From assembly GCA_016463095.1 (NCBI GenBank), contig JAEMSA010000004.1, forward strand, positions 1 through 62,660: 62,660 bases of DNA, in the 5' to 3' direction. This document shows, one piece after another, positions 31,092-41,534 of this stretch (its first letter is position 1; each line of letters begins with the position of its first letter). This stretch comes from Candidatus Nanopelagicales bacterium. Lineage in GTDB: Bacteria; Actinomycetota; Actinomycetes; S36-B12; UBA5976. The position numbers and the translations under genes are program-made. The notes under the pieces are model-generated. The model saw only the letters and a list, made by a program, of their open reading frames with translations, was not told the origin of the DNA and did not search any database.

Positions 31092-32471
31092 ATGGCACCT
31101 AACATTTCAATTGCCGCCATGAATGAAATTTCTGATCATATTTGGCCTAAAAGTGCCAATAGGAATAATGATGGTGCTTTGCAAATATCTGGATTAGATG
31201 TCAAAGAAATAAGCGAAAAATATCCCACTCCAGTTTTTGTGTTAGATGAAATAGATTTAATCAACCGAGTTCAGAAATACATGAAAAGTTTTTCTATGCC
31301 GCTACATGGAAAGAAATTAACTAAAGAGACCAAACTTTTTTATGCCTCCAAAGCATTCACTTCAGCTAGATTTATCAAATTAATTGTTAGCGAAGGTATG
31401 GGAGTAGATGTTGCAAGTGAAGGTGAATTAAGGGTAGCACTTGCTGGTGGTTGTAAACCAGAAAATATTATTTTTCACGGCAATAACAAATCATTAGCAG
31501 AGATAGCTTTTGCGATAGATAACAAAGTGGAACTTTTTGCTGTTGATTCATTTTTTGAAATAGCACGACTATCCCAAATCGCTAGTGACAAAAAAGTTAA
31601 ACCAAATGTGCTAGTTCGAGTAACTGCTGGAATTGAAGCCCACACTCATGAGTTTGTGGCGACAGCACATGAAGATCAAAAATTTGGTTTTTCTTTAGCA
31701 GCTGGTGATGCCGATGAAGCTGTGCGAAGAATTGTGAAAGATGACAATTTACATTTACTTGGACTTCACTCACATATTGGATCACAAATTTTTGATAATA
31801 AAGGTTTTGAAATAGCTGCGACCAGATTAGCTGAGTTGGCATTAAGAATTACTAAAGAACATAATGTGCAAATTGAAATGTTAAATCTTGGTGGGGGAAT
31901 GGGTATTGCCTACATAGATAGTGATGCTCCTCTAGCTATTGAAGAAATGTCTAGTCAATTAGTGGACATTGTTTATAAAACTTTCACGAGTAACGGTTTG
32001 GCGATGCCTCAGCTTGCCTTTGAACCCGGCAGAGCAATTGTTGGTCCAGCCATGATTACTTTGTACACAGTTGGTACCACAAAAAGTATTGAATTAGAAA
32101 ATGGTGACAAAAGAACTTATGTGGCAGTAGATGGTGGTATGAGTGACAACATCAGAACAGCACTTTATGGTGCACAATACAGCGTTACTTTAGCTTCTCG
32201 TTTATCAAAAGCTGAGCCAATGCTTTCTAGAATTGTGGGCAAACATTGCGAATCTGGCGACATTATTGTGCGAGATTGTTATCTTCCTAAAGATTTAGTT
32301 CCAGGTGATTTGTTGGCCGTTGCCGCAACTGGTGCATACAACAGATCAATGTCTTCTCAGTACAACTTGGTAGTAAGACCAGGGGTAATTAGTGTTAATA
32401 AAAGTAAAATTACTGAAATTTTAAGAAAAGAAACTTATGAAGACGTCTTTATTACTGACCCAGGCTTGTAA
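31092..32471 (+). CDS. lysA: diaminopimelate decarboxylase
   Basis: 459 aa with FYASKAF (PLP lysine region), HSHIGSQ, GGGMG and CESGD motifs. It follows argS, as in mycobacteria. Confidence 0.93.
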   Translation: MAPNISIAAMNEISDHIWPKSANRNNDGALQISGLDVKEISEKYPTPVFVLDEIDLINRVQKYMKSFSMPLHGKKLTKETKLFYASKAFTSARFIKLIVSEGMGVDVASEGELRVALAGGCKPENIIFHGNNKSLAEIAFAIDNKVELFAVDSFFEIARLSQIASDKKVKPNVLVRVTAGIEAHTHEFVATAHEDQKFGFSLAAGDADEAVRRIVKDDNLHLLGLHSHIGSQIFDNKGFEIAATRLAELALRITKEHNVQIEMLNLGGGMGIAYIDSDAPLAIEEMSSQLVDIVYKTFTSNGLAMPQLAFEPGRAIVGPAMITLYTVGTTKSIELENGDKRTYVAVDGGMSDNIRTALYGAQYSVTLASRLSKAEPMLSRIVGKHCESGDIIVRDCYLPKDLVPGDLLAVAATGAYNRSMSSQYNLVVRPGVISVNKSKITEILRKETYEDVFITDPGL

Positions 32472-33405
32472 GTCTTTCACCACTTACTACTAAAGCAACT
32501 CCACTCAGCACCACAACACCACCCAGAAAAAGTGGCCAAGCAACTGGTTCATTCAAAACAATTAATCCCAATAAAACTGCAATAACTGGATTAACGTAAG
32601 CATAAGTTGAAGCAAGTGAAAGTGAAGTATTATTTAATAACCAAATGTAGGCACCATATCCCATAATGGAACCAATTAGTACCAGATAAATCCAAGCCCA
32701 TTTGGATGTGACGGACATATTACTAATTAATTCAATGCTAAATCTTTCTCCTTTCAAATAACTTGCGATACTAATTGCTAATCCGCCAAATAGCATTTCA
32801 TAAGCCGTTAGAACAAAGGGATCTTTTGGGATAGGAATTCTTTGAGTCATAAATGTTCCAAAAGCCCACGCGATATTGCCAATTAAAATCATGAACATCC
32901 AAAATTTAACTTTATCAGGATCTGCACCTGGGGCAGGACCAGTTCCTCCCGGTAACACAATTATTGCTACGCCGAGTAAACCTACAAAAATTCCTGCCAA
33001 AGTTATTTTTCTGGTTTTTACTCCAGCAATTCTTTGAAATATGGTGACCCAAATTGGTAACGCAGCAATAATTAATGCGGCTACACCTGATGGAACATAC
33101 TGTTCAGCTAAAGACAAATTACCAATCCCAAAACCTAGTAGTAACCCACCTAAAAACATGGAAGATAAAAGTTCAGGGAAAGTTACGCGAAGTGCATTTT
33201 TACCTTTTGCGATAATTAAGATAATTGCTAACACCACAAACGCGCACATGAATCGTAAACCCATGGAAAGCAGCGCCGGAGCCGTATCAATAACAAGTGC
33301 GATACCTAAGTAGGTAGAGCCCCAAACCAGATAAACAGTTACTAGGGCAAACCAAACTTTTGGTGTTATTCGCTTAGCAACAGTAGCCACAGCACATCTG
33401 ACCAC
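32452..33405 (-). CDS. EamA/DMT-family transporter
   Basis: 317 aa and about 10 TM helices with two EamA-like halves. 20-nt convergent overlap with lysA. Confidence 0.8.
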   Translation of the reverse strand: MVRCAVATVAKRITPKVWFALVTVYLVWGSTYLGIALVIDTAPALLSMGLRFMCAFVVLAIILIIAKGKNALRVTFPELLSSMFLGGLLLGFGIGNLSLAEQYVPSGVAALIIAALPIWVTIFQRIAGVKTRKITLAGIFVGLLGVAIIVLPGGTGPAPGADPDKVKFWMFMILIGNIAWAFGTFMTQRIPIPKDPFVLTAYEMLFGGLAISIASYLKGERFSIELISNMSVTSKWAWIYLVLIGSIMGYGAYIWLLNNTSLSLASTYAYVNPVIAVLLGLIVLNEPVAWPLFLGGVVVLSGVALVVSGERLTSLGQ

Positions 33406-33460
33406 ATCCTTAATGAGAGACTTAGACGCGACCTACTATTTTAATTAAGGACGATCAACC

Positions 33461-34756
33461 GTGGCTGATGCTCAAGTTCGTCCGATTCGTATCGCATTAA
33501 TTGGTGCAGGCACCGTGGGATCCAAAGTTGCCTCTCTCATGTTGGAACAATCTGAAGATTTAGAAGCTCGAAGTGGTGCACCACTGGTTTTAGTTGGAGT
33601 AGGCGTTAAAGATGCCAACAAACAAAGACCAGGAATTCCCAAAGAATTAATTACTGCTGATGTTCCAGGATTACTTGCTAAAGATATAGACATTGTGGTG
33701 GAAGTTATGGGCGGAATCGAACCAGCTAGAACTCACATCCTTGATGCCATGTCACGAGGAATCAGTGTGGTTACTGCCAATAAAGAACTCCTTGCTCGCG
33801 ATGGTGCAACTTTGGCTGCAGCAGCTGAAAAAAATAATGTTGATCTTTATTACGAAGCAAGTGTGGCAGGAGCAATTCCTTTACTTCGCCCTTTAAGGGA
33901 ATCTTTAGTTGGCGATCGAGTGCAGAAAATATTAGGAATAGTTAACGGAACTACTAATTTTATTTTAACTAAAATGGATGAAACAGGTGCAAGTTTTCAA
34001 GATGCACTTGCTGAAGCTCAAAAACTTGGTTATGCCGAAGCAGATCCAAGTGCTGACGTGGAAGGACACGATGCAGCAGCAAAAGCTGCCATTGTTGCTC
34101 AACTTGCTTTTCACACCCGCGTAACAATAGACGATGTTTATTGTGAAGGTATTTCTAAAGTTTCTGCCAGTGATGTTAAAGCTGCCCAAGAAATGGGTTT
34201 TGTAATTAAATTATTAGCAATTGCTGAGCGACTTGATGATGAATCAATTGTGGTACGAGTGCATCCAGCCATGATTCCTCGAAGTCATCCCTTGGCAAGT
34301 GTTAGAGAAGCATTTAATGCCGTATTTGTGGAAGCAGAAGCTGCCGGATCATTAATGTTTTATGGTCGTGGCGCAGGTGGTGCACCAACTGCATCTGCAG
34401 TGTTAGGTGACTTAGTTGCGGTGGCGCGAAACAGAATGAGTGGACGTCGTGGACCTGGTGAAAGTATTTATGCTGACTTGAAAATTAAACCAGTTTCTGA
34501 GGCGATAACAAGTTATTACATTTCATTACAAGTTGCTGATAAACCAGGTGTTTTGGCGAAAATAAGTCAAAAGATTGCAGATAACAACGTTTCTATTCAA
34601 ACTGTTCGACAAGATGGTTTAGAAAATGATGCACAACTTATTATTAGAACTCATAAAGCTTTAGAAAAAGACTTAGCAAAAACTTTAGAAGCGTTAAGAA
34701 ATCTTGATGCTGTTAAAGAAATCTCTGATTACATGAGAGTAGAAGGCGAAGCGTAA
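33461..34756 (+). CDS. hom: homoserine dehydrogenase
   Basis: GTG start, Rossmann motif IALIGAGTVG, central GIVNGTTNFILT motif and a C-terminal ACT domain. Confidence 0.93.
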   Translation: MADAQVRPIRIALIGAGTVGSKVASLMLEQSEDLEARSGAPLVLVGVGVKDANKQRPGIPKELITADVPGLLAKDIDIVVEVMGGIEPARTHILDAMSRGISVVTANKELLARDGATLAAAAEKNNVDLYYEASVAGAIPLLRPLRESLVGDRVQKILGIVNGTTNFILTKMDETGASFQDALAEAQKLGYAEADPSADVEGHDAAAKAAIVAQLAFHTRVTIDDVYCEGISKVSASDVKAAQEMGFVIKLLAIAERLDDESIVVRVHPAMIPRSHPLASVREAFNAVFVEAEAAGSLMFYGRGAGGAPTASAVLGDLVAVARNRMSGRRGPGESIYADLKIKPVSEAITSYYISLQVADKPGVLAKISQKIADNNVSIQTVRQDGLENDAQLIIRTHKALEKDLAKTLEALRNLDAVKEISDYMRVEGEA

Positions 34757-34759
34757 TAA

Positions 34760-35821
34760 ATGGCTGCTCATTTATGGCGTGGCATAATCGAAGAATATAA
34801 AACTCGATTACCAATTAACGCTAAAACTCCAATAGTTACTTTGGGTGAGGGTGGTACCCCACTTGTTTATGCCTGCACTTTAAGTGAAATGTTTAATAAT
34901 CAAGTTTATTTAAAAGTCGAAGGTACTAACCCAACTGGTTCTTTCAAAGATCGCGGCATGACTGTGGCGATATCTAAAGCAGCAGAAGTTGGTGCAAAAG
35001 CAGTAATTTGTGCGTCAACTGGAAATACTTCAGCAGCAGCTACTGCCTATGCAGTTAAAGCAGGTATGAAAAGTGCAGTGTTAATTCCCGATGGAAAAAT
35101 TGCGATGGGAAAACTTGCCCAAGCCATTGTTCATGGCGCTGACGTTTTGCAGGTAAACGGAAATTTTGATGACTGTTTAGTTTTGGCTCAAGATTTAGCC
35201 AACAAATACCCAGTGGCATTAGTTAACTCTGTAAATCCAGATCGTATTGAAGGACAAAAAACTGCTTCCTTTGAAATTGTGGATCGATTAGGGGATGCTC
35301 CCGATATACATGTGCTCCCAGTTGGAAATGCAGGAAACATAACTGCTTATTGGAAAGGTTATGTTGAATACAAGAACGATGCTCTTTGCACACACTTGCC
35401 ACAAATGTGGGGATTCCAAGCCGCCGGTGCTGCCCCAATAGTTGATGGTGCACCAGTTTTAAAACCTGAAACAATTGCTACCGCAATTCGAATTGGAAAT
35501 CCTGCATCTTGGAAACCAGCTTTGCTGGCACTCGATGAATCAAAAGGCAGAATTGGCAAAGTAACCGATGAAGAAATTCTGTCCGCTTATCATCTGTTAG
35601 CTGAAAGAGAAGGTGTGTTTGTGGAACCTTCTTCTGCTGCTGGAGTGGCTGGATTAATTAAAGCTAAAGCCAATGGCGAATTACCAAATGGCAAAGTAAT
35701 AGTAATTACTGTTACTGGTAATGGTTTAAAGGATCCACAATGGGCACTTGAATCAGCTCCTGATCCTGTGAAAATATCTGTTAACGCAGATGCTGCCGCT
35801 GAAGCTTTAGGGTTGAAATAA
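34760..35821 (+). CDS. thrC: threonine synthase
   Basis: PLP-lysine motif [10 protein letters not shown], plus ASTGNTSAA and LPVGNAGN. Confidence 0.93.
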   Translation: MAAHLWRGIIEEYKTRLPINAKTPIVTLGEGGTPLVYACTLSEMFNNQVYLKVEGTNPTGSFKDRGMTVAISKAAEVGAKAVICASTGNTSAAATAYAVKAGMKSAVLIPDGKIAMGKLAQAIVHGADVLQVNGNFDDCLVLAQDLANKYPVALVNSVNPDRIEGQKTASFEIVDRLGDAPDIHVLPVGNAGNITAYWKGYVEYKNDALCTHLPQMWGFQAAGAAPIVDGAPVLKPETIATAIRIGNPASWKPALLALDESKGRIGKVTDEEILSAYHLLAEREGVFVEPSSAAGVAGLIKAKANGELPNGKVIVITVTGNGLKDPQWALESAPDPVKISVNADAAAEALGLK

Positions 35822-36724
35822 ATGTCAAAAGTTTCCGGTGCAGTTCGCGTCGTGGTTCCAGCATCTAGTGCCAATCTGGGTTCCGGTTTTGATTCAGCAG
35901 GTTTAGCTTTATCAATGTTTGATGAAATTGAAGCATCGTTTACTGACAAACCTGGGGTACAAGTTGATGTGGACGGTGAAGGTCGAAACTCACTTCCCAG
36001 AGATGAAAATCATTTAATTGCTCGAGTGATGTTAAAAACTTTCGCTAATTTATCTGTGCCAGTGCACGGTCTTTATCTTCGATGCATAAACAGAATTCCT
36101 CACGGTCGAGGTTTAGGATCTTCAGCTGCTGCAATTTCTGCTGCCGTAGTTGCAGCTCGAGCTTTAGCTGGAACTCAAGGAACCAGAATGGATGATGAAG
36201 GTGCTTTAGAGTTAGCAAGTTCTCTTGAAGGCCATCCAGATAATGTGGCCGCTTGTCTTTACGGTGGATTTACTGTTTCCTGGATTGACGAAAATTCATT
36301 AGCAAGAGCTGTCAAAATTAATGCGCATGAATCAATAATTCCTGTGGTAATGATTCCTAGATTTGAAGTTGACACCGAACAAGCCAGAGCGTTACTGCCT
36401 TCCCATGTGCCACATCGTGATGCTGCTTACAACGTTTCGAGGAGTGCACTATTAGTTCATGCGATGACAATTGATCCTGACTATTTGTTTGAAGCAACTT
36501 CAGATCGAATCCATCAGGAATACCGCAGACCTTCAATGCAGTCAGCTTCTGCGTTAGTTACCAGTTTAAGAATGAAAAACCATGCTGCCTATATTTCTGG
36601 TTCAGGTCCAACTGTTTGTATTTTGACAAATGCTGAAAAAGTTGAAGAAGTTATTTCGCTAGTTCCCGAGGAATTCGAAGCCCAACAACTTGAGATTGCA
36701 GTTGCCGGAGCAAGCATTCAATAG
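35822..36724 (+). CDS. thrB: homoserine kinase
   Basis: VPASSANLGSGFD and the GHMP-kinase motif PHGRGLGSSAAA. The start abuts the thrC stop. Confidence 0.92.
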   Translation: MSKVSGAVRVVVPASSANLGSGFDSAGLALSMFDEIEASFTDKPGVQVDVDGEGRNSLPRDENHLIARVMLKTFANLSVPVHGLYLRCINRIPHGRGLGSSAAAISAAVVAARALAGTQGTRMDDEGALELASSLEGHPDNVAACLYGGFTVSWIDENSLARAVKINAHESIIPVVMIPRFEVDTEQARALLPSHVPHRDAAYNVSRSALLVHAMTIDPDYLFEATSDRIHQEYRRPSMQSASALVTSLRMKNHAAYISGSGPTVCILTNAEKVEEVISLVPEEFEAQQLEIAVAGASIQ

Positions 36725-36756
36725 CGCTTTGCCCCCGGGCGAGTTTGCCCCCATAC

Positions 36757-36786
36757 TTGAACCCTCGACACTGACTCTGCTAGTCT
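36757..36786 (+). promoter_or_regulatory. candidate rho promoter
   Basis: TTGAAC (36757-62), an 18-nt spacer, then TAGTCT (36781-86, fits TAnnnT). Sequence match only. Confidence 0.3.
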
Positions 36787-36796
36787 TTAGTTGTCC

Positions 36797-36810
36797 GGCC
36801 AATATTGGCC
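36797..36810. repeat. perfect 14-bp palindrome GGCCAATATTGGCC in the rho leader
   Basis: Read directly from the sequence. It lies about 10 nt downstream of the candidate -10 box. Confidence 0.6.
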
Positions 36811-36940
36811 AAAGATGGCAAATTCTAAAAAAATAATTCGCTGACTTTTCAAACCAAAATAAAACAGGTCCGGATCTCTCACACGAAACTAATTAAAAAA
36901 TTGATTGTGTGAAGAAGTATTGAAGGGAAAACTCCTTAAG

Positions 36941-38521
36941 GTGACTGACACCTCGTCAAAGCTTTTGCCCGAATTAAGGCAAATGGCTGCAGCTCTGGGA
37001 ATTCCTGACGCAGCAACAATGAGAAAAAGTGAACTTGTCGAAGCAATCGATCAACGCGGAAATGGCGGAAATAAAAGTATGACCACAAATTCTGATATCC
37101 CAGAAGATGATGTTATTGAAGAATTTAGAGAAGAAACTGATAATCGTGTAGAAAGTAATGACAGAAACGGCGACGATCGCGGCACTTATAACCGTGAAGA
37201 CCGTGGCAGCTACAACAGAAACGATCGCGGAAATGATGACCGTGGCGGTTACAGAAGAAATGACCGTAATGACAGAAATGATCGCAACGACAGAAACGGC
37301 GATCGCAATCCTCGTTCCAGATTTAGAGAACGCGGTTCTAGAAGAGAACGCGATGATTTCGAAATCAAAGAAGACGACGTATTACTGCCAGTAGCAGGAA
37401 TTATTGATCTATTAGAAAACTATGCATTTGTGAGAACTTCAGGTTATTTGCCTGGTCCTAACGATGTTTATGTTTCTATGGGATTAGTTCGTAAATTTGG
37501 TTTAAGAAAAGGTGACGCAGTCACCGGCTCAATTCGTCAACCTAAAGAAGGCGAACAAAGACAAAAGTTTAATCCCTTAGTTCGAGTTGAGACAATTAAC
37601 GGTTTAACTGCTGAAGAGTCAGCAACCAGAATGGATTTCTCAAAACTTACTCCTTTGTATCCACAAGAGCGTTTAAGATTAGAAACTGAAGGAAATAATC
37701 TAACCACTCGAATTATTGATTTAGTTTCACCAATTGGTAAAGGTCAAAGAGGTTTGATTGTTTCACCACCAAAAGCTGGTAAAACAATGGTCTTGCAAGC
37801 AATTGCTAATGCGATCACAACTAACAACCCAGAAGTTCATTTGATGGTTGTGTTGGTTGATGAAAGACCAGAAGAAGTAACAGATATGCAACGTTCTGTT
37901 AAGGGTGAAGTTATTGCTTCAACTTTTGATAGACCTGCAGAAGATCACACCACTGTGGCTGAACTTTCAATTGAAAGAGCAAAACGTTTAGTGGAAATGG
38001 GTCACGACGTTGTGATCTTGCTTGATTCCATGACACGTCTTGGTCGTGCATATAACTTGTCTGCTCCAACTTCAGGAAGAATTCTTTCTGGTGGTGTGGA
38101 TTCAGCAGCTTTGTATCCACCAAAGAAGTTCTTCGGTGCTGCTCGAAACATCGAAAACGGCGGATCTTTAACAATTATTGCTACAGCTTTGGTTGAAACA
38201 GGTTCACGTATGGATGAAGTTATTTTCGAAGAATTCAAAGGAACAGGAAACATGGAACTTAAACTCGATCGCAAACTTGCCGATCGAAGAATTTTCCCTG
38301 CTGTTGATATTGATTCTTCTGGTACTCGAAAAGAAGAAATTCTTATGTCTCCAGATGAACTAAAGATCATTTGGACTCTGCGCAGAGTGCTTCATGCTTT
38401 GGACCCACAACAGGCCATCGAGCTCTTGCTCAACAAGTTGCGTGAGACAAAAACCAACTTTGAGTTCCTGGTTCAGGTGCAAAAGACCACCCCAACCACT
38501 AACGGCGACGACGCCGAATAG
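36941..38521 (+). CDS. rho: transcription termination factor Rho with R/D/N/G-rich N-terminal insertion
   Basis: A GTG start gives [21 protein letters not shown], like the actinobacterial Rho N-terminus VTDT... Walker A PPKAGKT and the RNA-binding and ATPase regions are conserved. The track ORF starts at TTG 36905. Confidence 0.93.
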   Translation: MTDTSSKLLPELRQMAAALGIPDAATMRKSELVEAIDQRGNGGNKSMTTNSDIPEDDVIEEFREETDNRVESNDRNGDDRGTYNREDRGSYNRNDRGNDDRGGYRRNDRNDRNDRNDRNGDRNPRSRFRERGSRRERDDFEIKEDDVLLPVAGIIDLLENYAFVRTSGYLPGPNDVYVSMGLVRKFGLRKGDAVTGSIRQPKEGEQRQKFNPLVRVETINGLTAEESATRMDFSKLTPLYPQERLRLETEGNNLTTRIIDLVSPIGKGQRGLIVSPPKAGKTMVLQAIANAITTNNPEVHLMVVLVDERPEEVTDMQRSVKGEVIASTFDRPAEDHTTVAELSIERAKRLVEMGHDVVILLDSMTRLGRAYNLSAPTSGRILSGGVDSAALYPPKKFFGAARNIENGGSLTIIATALVETGSRMDEVIFEEFKGTGNMELKLDRKLADRRIFPAVDIDSSGTRKEEILMSPDELKIIWTLRRVLHALDPQQAIELLLNKLRETKTNFEFLVQVQKTTPTTNGDDAE

Positions 38522-38562
38522 AATTAATTCTTACCGGAATTAGAAATCGGAGCATTAAAAAG

Positions 38563-38778
38563 ATGAAACCAGAAATTCATCCAGATTACGCAGAAACAAC
38601 TGTTACCTGCTCTTGTGGAAATACTTTTCAAACTCGTAGCACCGCACAAAATGGTGTTATGCATGCTGAAATTTGTCAACAATGTCATCCGTTTTACACC
38701 GGTAAACAAAAGATTTTGGATACCGCAGGTCGCGTATCAAAGTTCGAAAAACGTTACGGCAAAAGCGCCAACAAATAG
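38563..38778 (+). CDS. rpmE: 50S ribosomal protein L31 (Zn-ribbon type)
   Basis: [10 protein letters not shown]-terminus, CSCG...[10 protein letters not shown] cysteine motifs, 71 aa. Confidence 0.93.
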   Translation: MKPEIHPDYAETTVTCSCGNTFQTRSTAQNGVMHAEICQQCHPFYTGKQKILDTAGRVSKFEKRYGKSANK

Positions 38779-38787
38779 CTAAACTTA

Positions 38788-38847
38788 GGGACGTCGGTTT
38801 TGAAACACATTTTTGTGTTTTGGATAAACCGGCGTCCCTTTTGTTTT
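38788..38847 (+). terminator. rho-independent terminator after rpmE
   Basis: gggacgtcggtt...aaccggcgtccc forms a 12-bp stem with one G-U pair and encloses an inner hairpin aaacac/gtgttt. ttttgtttt follows. Confidence 0.8.
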
Positions 38848-38881
38848 ACCACTAATAAAAGCGGAGAAGGGGTGAGGACAC

Positions 38882-39961
38882 ATGTTTGAAGGTGTGGTTG
38901 ATTTAGCAGCTGAATTAATTGAACTTGAAACAAAAATGTCTGATCCTAAACTTCACTCTGATCAAAATCAGGCCCGTCAAGTTGGTCGACGATTTGCTGA
39001 ATTAAAACCCATAGTTGCCACTTGGCGCCAATATCAAAAAGTTGTGGAAGATCATGCTGCAGCAGTTGAATTATCAATGGATGACTCCAGCTTTAAAGCA
39101 GAAGCAGAAAAAATAGCAGAAGAACTTCAAGCTTTAGCTGACAAATTACAACTGATGTTAATTCCTCGAGATCCACTTGATAGCAAAGATGTGATCGTGG
39201 AAGTTAAATCTGGCGAAGGAGGAGAGGAGTCTGCTTTGTTTGCTGGAGACTTAGTTCGCATGTATTTACGATTTGCTGAAAAACGTGGTTGGAAAGCATC
39301 TTTAATTGATGCAGTTGATTCTGATATGGGTGGGTATAAGAGCGCATCTATTGCAATTAAAGCTAAAGCAAATCCTGAATTAGGTAACGCACCTTATGCG
39401 TGGATGAAACATGAAGGTGGAGTTCATCGTGTGCAAAGAGTTCCCGTTACAGAATCTCAAGGTCGAGTACACACTTCAGCTGCCGGAGTTTTAGTTTTTC
39501 CTGAAGCAGAAGAAATTGATGTTGAAATTAAAAACGAAGAAATTCGAGTAGATGTTTATAGATCATCTGGTCCTGGTGGACAATCTGTTAACACCACAGA
39601 TTCTGCAGTTCGCATCACACACATTCCAACTGGCATAGTCGTATCTTGTCAGAATGAAAAAAGTCAATTACAAAACAAAGAATCTGCCTTAAGAATTTTA
39701 AGAGCAAGATTACTTTCAGCAGCTGAAGAAACCAGAGCCCAAGAAGAATCTGCTTCCAGAAAATTACAGGTAAGAACAGTTGATAGATCTGAAAGAATTA
39801 GAACTTACAATTTTCCAGAAAATCGTTTAACGGATCACCGTACCGGTTACAAATCACATAATTTAGATCAAATCTTAAATGGTGACCTTGATCCTGTTTT
39901 GCAGTCTTGCGTGGATATGGAAATTACTCAAAAGTTGGCTGAGGTTGGGGAAACCCGGTGA
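38882..39961 (+). CDS. prfA: peptide chain release factor 1
   Basis: PVTESQGR (PxT tripeptide-type RF1 motif) and [12 protein letters not shown] motif. Confidence 0.95.
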   Translation: MFEGVVDLAAELIELETKMSDPKLHSDQNQARQVGRRFAELKPIVATWRQYQKVVEDHAAAVELSMDDSSFKAEAEKIAEELQALADKLQLMLIPRDPLDSKDVIVEVKSGEGGEESALFAGDLVRMYLRFAEKRGWKASLIDAVDSDMGGYKSASIAIKAKANPELGNAPYAWMKHEGGVHRVQRVPVTESQGRVHTSAAGVLVFPEAEEIDVEIKNEEIRVDVYRSSGPGGQSVNTTDSAVRITHIPTGIVVSCQNEKSQLQNKESALRILRARLLSAAEETRAQEESASRKLQVRTVDRSERIRTYNFPENRLTDHRTGYKSHNLDQILNGDLDPVLQSCVDMEITQKLAEVGETR

Positions 39962-40854
39962 GTAAACCCACTAGAAGTGTTCTGGTTGACATTGAATTAA
40001 GACTAAAAAAAGCTGGGGTACCTAGTCCGCGAGTGGATGCAGAATCATTGGTGGCTTTTTCGTTAGGAATTGAAAGAAATCGTACTGGACTTGTTAGAGA
40101 AATTGATGATGATCAATATAGAGAAATTGAAAAACTTGTTGAAAAAAGAGTCAGAAGAATTCCGTTGCAACACATTTTAGGCGAACAGGGTTTTAGAAGA
40201 TTAGTTTTAGAAGTTGGACCTGGGGTTTTTATTCCTCGTCCTGAAACAGAATTATTGGTTGAATCTACAGTTAGATATTTAAAAGATAAAAAACAAGACA
40301 GAAATATTGTGATTGATCTGTGTGCTGGTTCTGGAGCAATCGGCTTAGCTCTTGCTACCGAAGTTGGTAATAGTGATGTTTATGCGGTGGAGAAATCTGT
40401 GGATGCATTTAGCTATTTGGCGAAGAATGTTGCAGCACACCAAAATTTAATGAAAACAGTTAATTCAAAATTTGTAGCCTTAAATGCCAACATCCTAGAA
40501 CCAATAACTGAACTTGAAAAACTAAACGGCACAGTAGATGCACTTGTTTCAAACCCTCCTTATATTCCAAACAAAATGATTCCCCGTGAACCAGAAGTCA
40601 AAAATCATGAACCAGAAATGGCGCTTTTTGGTGGCAATGACGGATTAGATTTTGTCCGAGTGGTAATAAAACTTGCCCAAGATTTATTGAAACCAGGTGG
40701 CTTTATTGCCATTGAACATGCTGATGTGCAAGGTTCAACTGTGGAAGAAACAGGTGTTCCTTTTTTATTACTGGAATCAAAAGCTTTCACTAAAATTGAA
40801 GATCGAAGAGATTTTAATGGGTTAGCTCGTTACACCGTGGGAATAAAAATATGA
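39958..40854 (+). CDS. prmC: release-factor glutamine N5-methyltransferase
   Basis: SAM motif [10 protein letters not shown] and catalytic NPPY. It overlaps the prfA stop by 4 nt. Confidence 0.9.
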   Translation: MSKPTRSVLVDIELRLKKAGVPSPRVDAESLVAFSLGIERNRTGLVREIDDDQYREIEKLVEKRVRRIPLQHILGEQGFRRLVLEVGPGVFIPRPETELLVESTVRYLKDKKQDRNIVIDLCAGSGAIGLALATEVGNSDVYAVEKSVDAFSYLAKNVAAHQNLMKTVNSKFVALNANILEPITELEKLNGTVDALVSNPPYIPNKMIPREPEVKNHEPEMALFGGNDGLDFVRVVIKLAQDLLKPGGFIAIEHADVQGSTVEETGVPFLLLESKAFTKIEDRRDFNGLARYTVGIKI

Positions 40855-41498
40855 TTCGTAAATTTGCTATGAATAATGAAATTGAAAGAAAAGATGGCAT
40901 CTCCGCAGCCATTGCTGCTGCAAAGCGTGGCGATCTGGTGGTTTTACCAACAGACACTGTTTATGGTCTAGGCACTGATGCGTTTTCTAAGAATGGTCCA
41001 CAAAAATTATTAGCCGCTAAAGGTAGAGATCGTAATATGCCAATTCCTGTTTTAGTTGGGCACGTTAAAGCATTAGATGGGTTAGCCCACAGAGTTGATG
41101 CTGTTACTAAGGCATTAGCTGAAGCTTTTTGGCCAGGTGCTTTAACAATTGTGGTGAAAGCCCAACCAACACTTAGCTGGGATTTAGGGGAAACAAATCA
41201 AACCGTGGCTTTAAGAATGCCGCTTAATCCAATTGCTATTGAGTTACTAAATGCAGTAGGTCCTATGGCAGTAAGTAGTGCCAATAAAACTGGTCAACCA
41301 GCAGCAACCAATATTGATGAAGCTATTTCACAGTTAGGTGATGCGGTGACTATTTACTTAGATGGGGGACCAACCCCAGGAAATGTGGCATCAACAATTG
41401 TTGATGTTTCATCTGGTGGAATGAAACTGCTCCGTCAAGGTGTCATTTCGCTTGAGGAGATTCGTCTGGTCGTGCCAAACATTGAAGTTCTGCCATAG
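40851..41498 (+). CDS. L-threonylcarbamoyladenylate synthase (YrdC/Sua5-domain, t6A pathway)
   Basis: VLPTDTVYGLGTDA, FWPGALTIV and SSANKTGQP motifs. It occupies the same position as Rv1301 in the mycobacterial cluster. Confidence 0.85.
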   Translation: MIRKFAMNNEIERKDGISAAIAAAKRGDLVVLPTDTVYGLGTDAFSKNGPQKLLAAKGRDRNMPIPVLVGHVKALDGLAHRVDAVTKALAEAFWPGALTIVVKAQPTLSWDLGETNQTVALRMPLNPIAIELLNAVGPMAVSSANKTGQPAATNIDEAISQLGDAVTIYLDGGPTPGNVASTIVDVSSGGMKLLRQGVISLEEIRLVVPNIEVLP

Positions 41499-41534
41499 TA
41501 TTTAGTGCAAGTGAAATAGAGAGGCAATTTAAAA

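Noticed and set aside
35590-35949. 119-aa minus-strand ORF spanning the thrC/thrB junction
   Set aside because: It is antisense to two strongly supported biosynthetic genes and has an Ala/Ser/Pro-rich artefactual composition.
37158-37394. 78-aa alternate-frame ORF, and a repeat array that might be mistaken for CRISPR or a tandem repeat
   Set aside because: It lies inside rho. The periodicity is 9 nt (Asn-Asp-Arg codons) with no spacer-repeat organisation, and the alternate frame stays open only because of the repeats.
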